Source of the DNA: Lama guanicoe
Taxonomy: Eukaryota
Assembly: GCA_013239625.1 (NCBI GenBank)
Contig: MU053304.1
Span: forward strand, 1,178,001-1,242,000
Reading direction: 5' to 3'
Length of the DNA: 64,000 nucleotides
Below, one piece after another: positions 62,351 through 64,000 of the stretch (position 1 is the first letter of the stretch; each line of letters starts with the position of its first letter). The notes below the pieces were generated by a model, which did no database searches, was not told the origin of the DNA, and was given only the letters and a program-made list of their open reading frames with translations. Position numbers and translations under genes: made by a program.

Positions 62351-62789
62351 ATGAGGGGGCCTGAGGAAGGCTGCATCTCGGGCTGCTGGGGGGAGGGAGC
62401 CCCAGCTGCTGACCCACCAGGGCCCCCTCCTTATCTGGCGTTTGGTCCTGTCCTCCATCTACCCCGCTCCCAACCCCACCCCTAAACGGACCTGTGTTGG
62501 ACCCCTCACCCCCAACCTGCTCTACCAGCAGCTTTGTGCAGAGTCCCGAGATCTGAGATGCTGCCTGGCGCTACCAGAAGAAACAATTCTCTACGGAACC
62601 ATTTCAGACACTGAGGCCAGTGGAGGGGGAGAAGTAAAGCAGCTTCGAGGGGAAGCATTTCCTCAGTGTCCCTTGAGACCGCCAGTCCTGATGCACTGAC
62701 TCGCAGGCCTGTGCAGAGGCAGATTCTCCAGGACGAGGGTGTGAGGGTCCCGCAGGTTCTCCAGCTGCCGCTCCCAGTCAGGTGACAGC

Positions 62790-63010
62790 GGTGGTCAGTA
62801 TTTGTGGAGGTCCTACCAGGTGCCAAGCCTTGTCCCAAGTGCATGATGTTGAGTTTCTCATTTAACCCTCTGAGCAGCCCTCCGAGGTGGTCACGGATAC
62901 TGTCACCACTTTACAGGTGGGGAAACTGGGGCTTAGGGGGCTCAAGTGACTGTTAAGCGGTTGGGTCGGGATCCTGTCTGATTCTAGTGCTGGGTCCCTT
63001 CACCACTAAC
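62790..63010 (-). mobile_element. MIR SINE
   Basis: tctcatttaaccctc...actttacaggtggggaaactggggcttagg. Confidence 0.75.
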
Positions 63011-64000
63011 TGACACCGGCTGTATCCCCTGCCACGTGCTGCCTTAGGCTGCTGTTGGTCGGGCCTGTTCCCCAGGCCCCTTGCTCTTTTAGGAAAGAAT
63101 TCATGGGAAAGAGACGGAAACTCTGACAGCCCGCGTGACAAAGGTCTGAACTCCTGAACACATGGTCAGAAACCTCCCCTGCCTGCACCCCTCCCCCGCT
63201 GATCCCTCTACCTGGGAGCTGCGATTGTCCCCTCTGTCTGACGTTTCCCCCTCCAAGGCTACCCCGTGCTCATCTCAGCTGGGGTCACAGGGAGGAGGAG
63301 GTGCCCCTGCTGCCAGCTCTCTGTCATCAGTAGCAGGTTGTGGAACAGCCTGGTCAGTCCACAGCAGTAGGGGAGGGGATTGTCCTGGACTTCCCAAGGA
63401 TCAAGGACAGCCTGGGGACAGTGTGAAGCCAGACCTGTGGGTCCTGGTTGGTGGCCCGCTTGTGCTCTGCCCACTCCCCTCTGGCCTCCAGGGCCTGTGC
63501 CCTTTACTCACTGAAAAGAGTGCCCAGGAGGGCCCTCCGGGACCTTCTGACCACGAGCTGTGAAGCATGGTTTCGGGAGTCTGGCCGGGAGCCTCTGCCT
63601 TCCCCTGCTGGCTGCACAGCCCTGGACACTCTGCGGGTCGGAATCTGGGTGAAGGTGAACCAGGCAGGCCCTTCTCCTCTCCCCAGAGCCAGAGGGCAGC
63701 CGCCTGTGACCCAGCTGCCTCTCCCCGGGGTGAGTGTGGCAGACTGGTGGGGGGGACCCGTGCCCTCTGTGTGTGTGTAGGGGGGCCACAGGGGATGGAG
63801 CGCGTGTGTCCGTGCGCATGGCCACGTCTACTGGCGAGCCTGGCCCCCGGCACGTCCCTGCCTCCGACGGGAAGGTGCTTGGCACAGGAAGAGGGCGGTG
63901 GTGTCAACAGGCCAGGCCGGGACACAGAGGCAGGTGGACTGGATGGCCTTGGTGGGAAGCCAGAGGGCATGACGAGGCTGCCTAAGGCTGCGCCCGCTTG

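Noticed and set aside
1..64000. CRISPR arrays, tRNA/rRNA genes or prokaryote-type operons
   Set aside because: The sequence is mammalian; no repeat-spacer array or structured RNA gene was recognisable.

Overview
Eutherian mammal genomic DNA, probably camelid. This is an inference from the absence of Alu/B1/SINEC/Bov-A/PRE SINEs in 64 kb and from the style of the young L1 3' ends. No intact protein-coding exon is supported. A CpG-island promoter at ~28.2-29.6 kb drives a minus-strand gene whose ATG-less first exon ends at a strong donor (CCC|GTGAGT, 28957/28956). The whole left half is that gene's long AT-rich first intron. Exon 1 resembles my recollection of the STRBP 5'UTR (tentative), which would make the GC- and MIR-rich right half the STRBP-CRB2 intergenic region. 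The rest is transposon fossils: L1, L2, MIR, CR1/L3, MaLR LTRs, an ERV1 remnant, and Tigger/Charlie/Blackjack/Tc2 MITEs. The most notable observations are two decayed RTE/BovB-clade reverse-transcriptase fragments (~1.1-1.5 kb and ~44.4-45.2 kb), a perfect 426-bp tandem duplication at 59.8-60.6 kb, a twin-primed L1 micro-insertion, a CpG-retaining L2 at the island edge, and a candidate uORF-bearing alternative 5'UTR exon. I found no convincing novel multi-gene system. Repeat subfamily names are from memory of consensus sequences and need RepeatMasker/Dfam confirmation; boundaries of old repeats are approximate.
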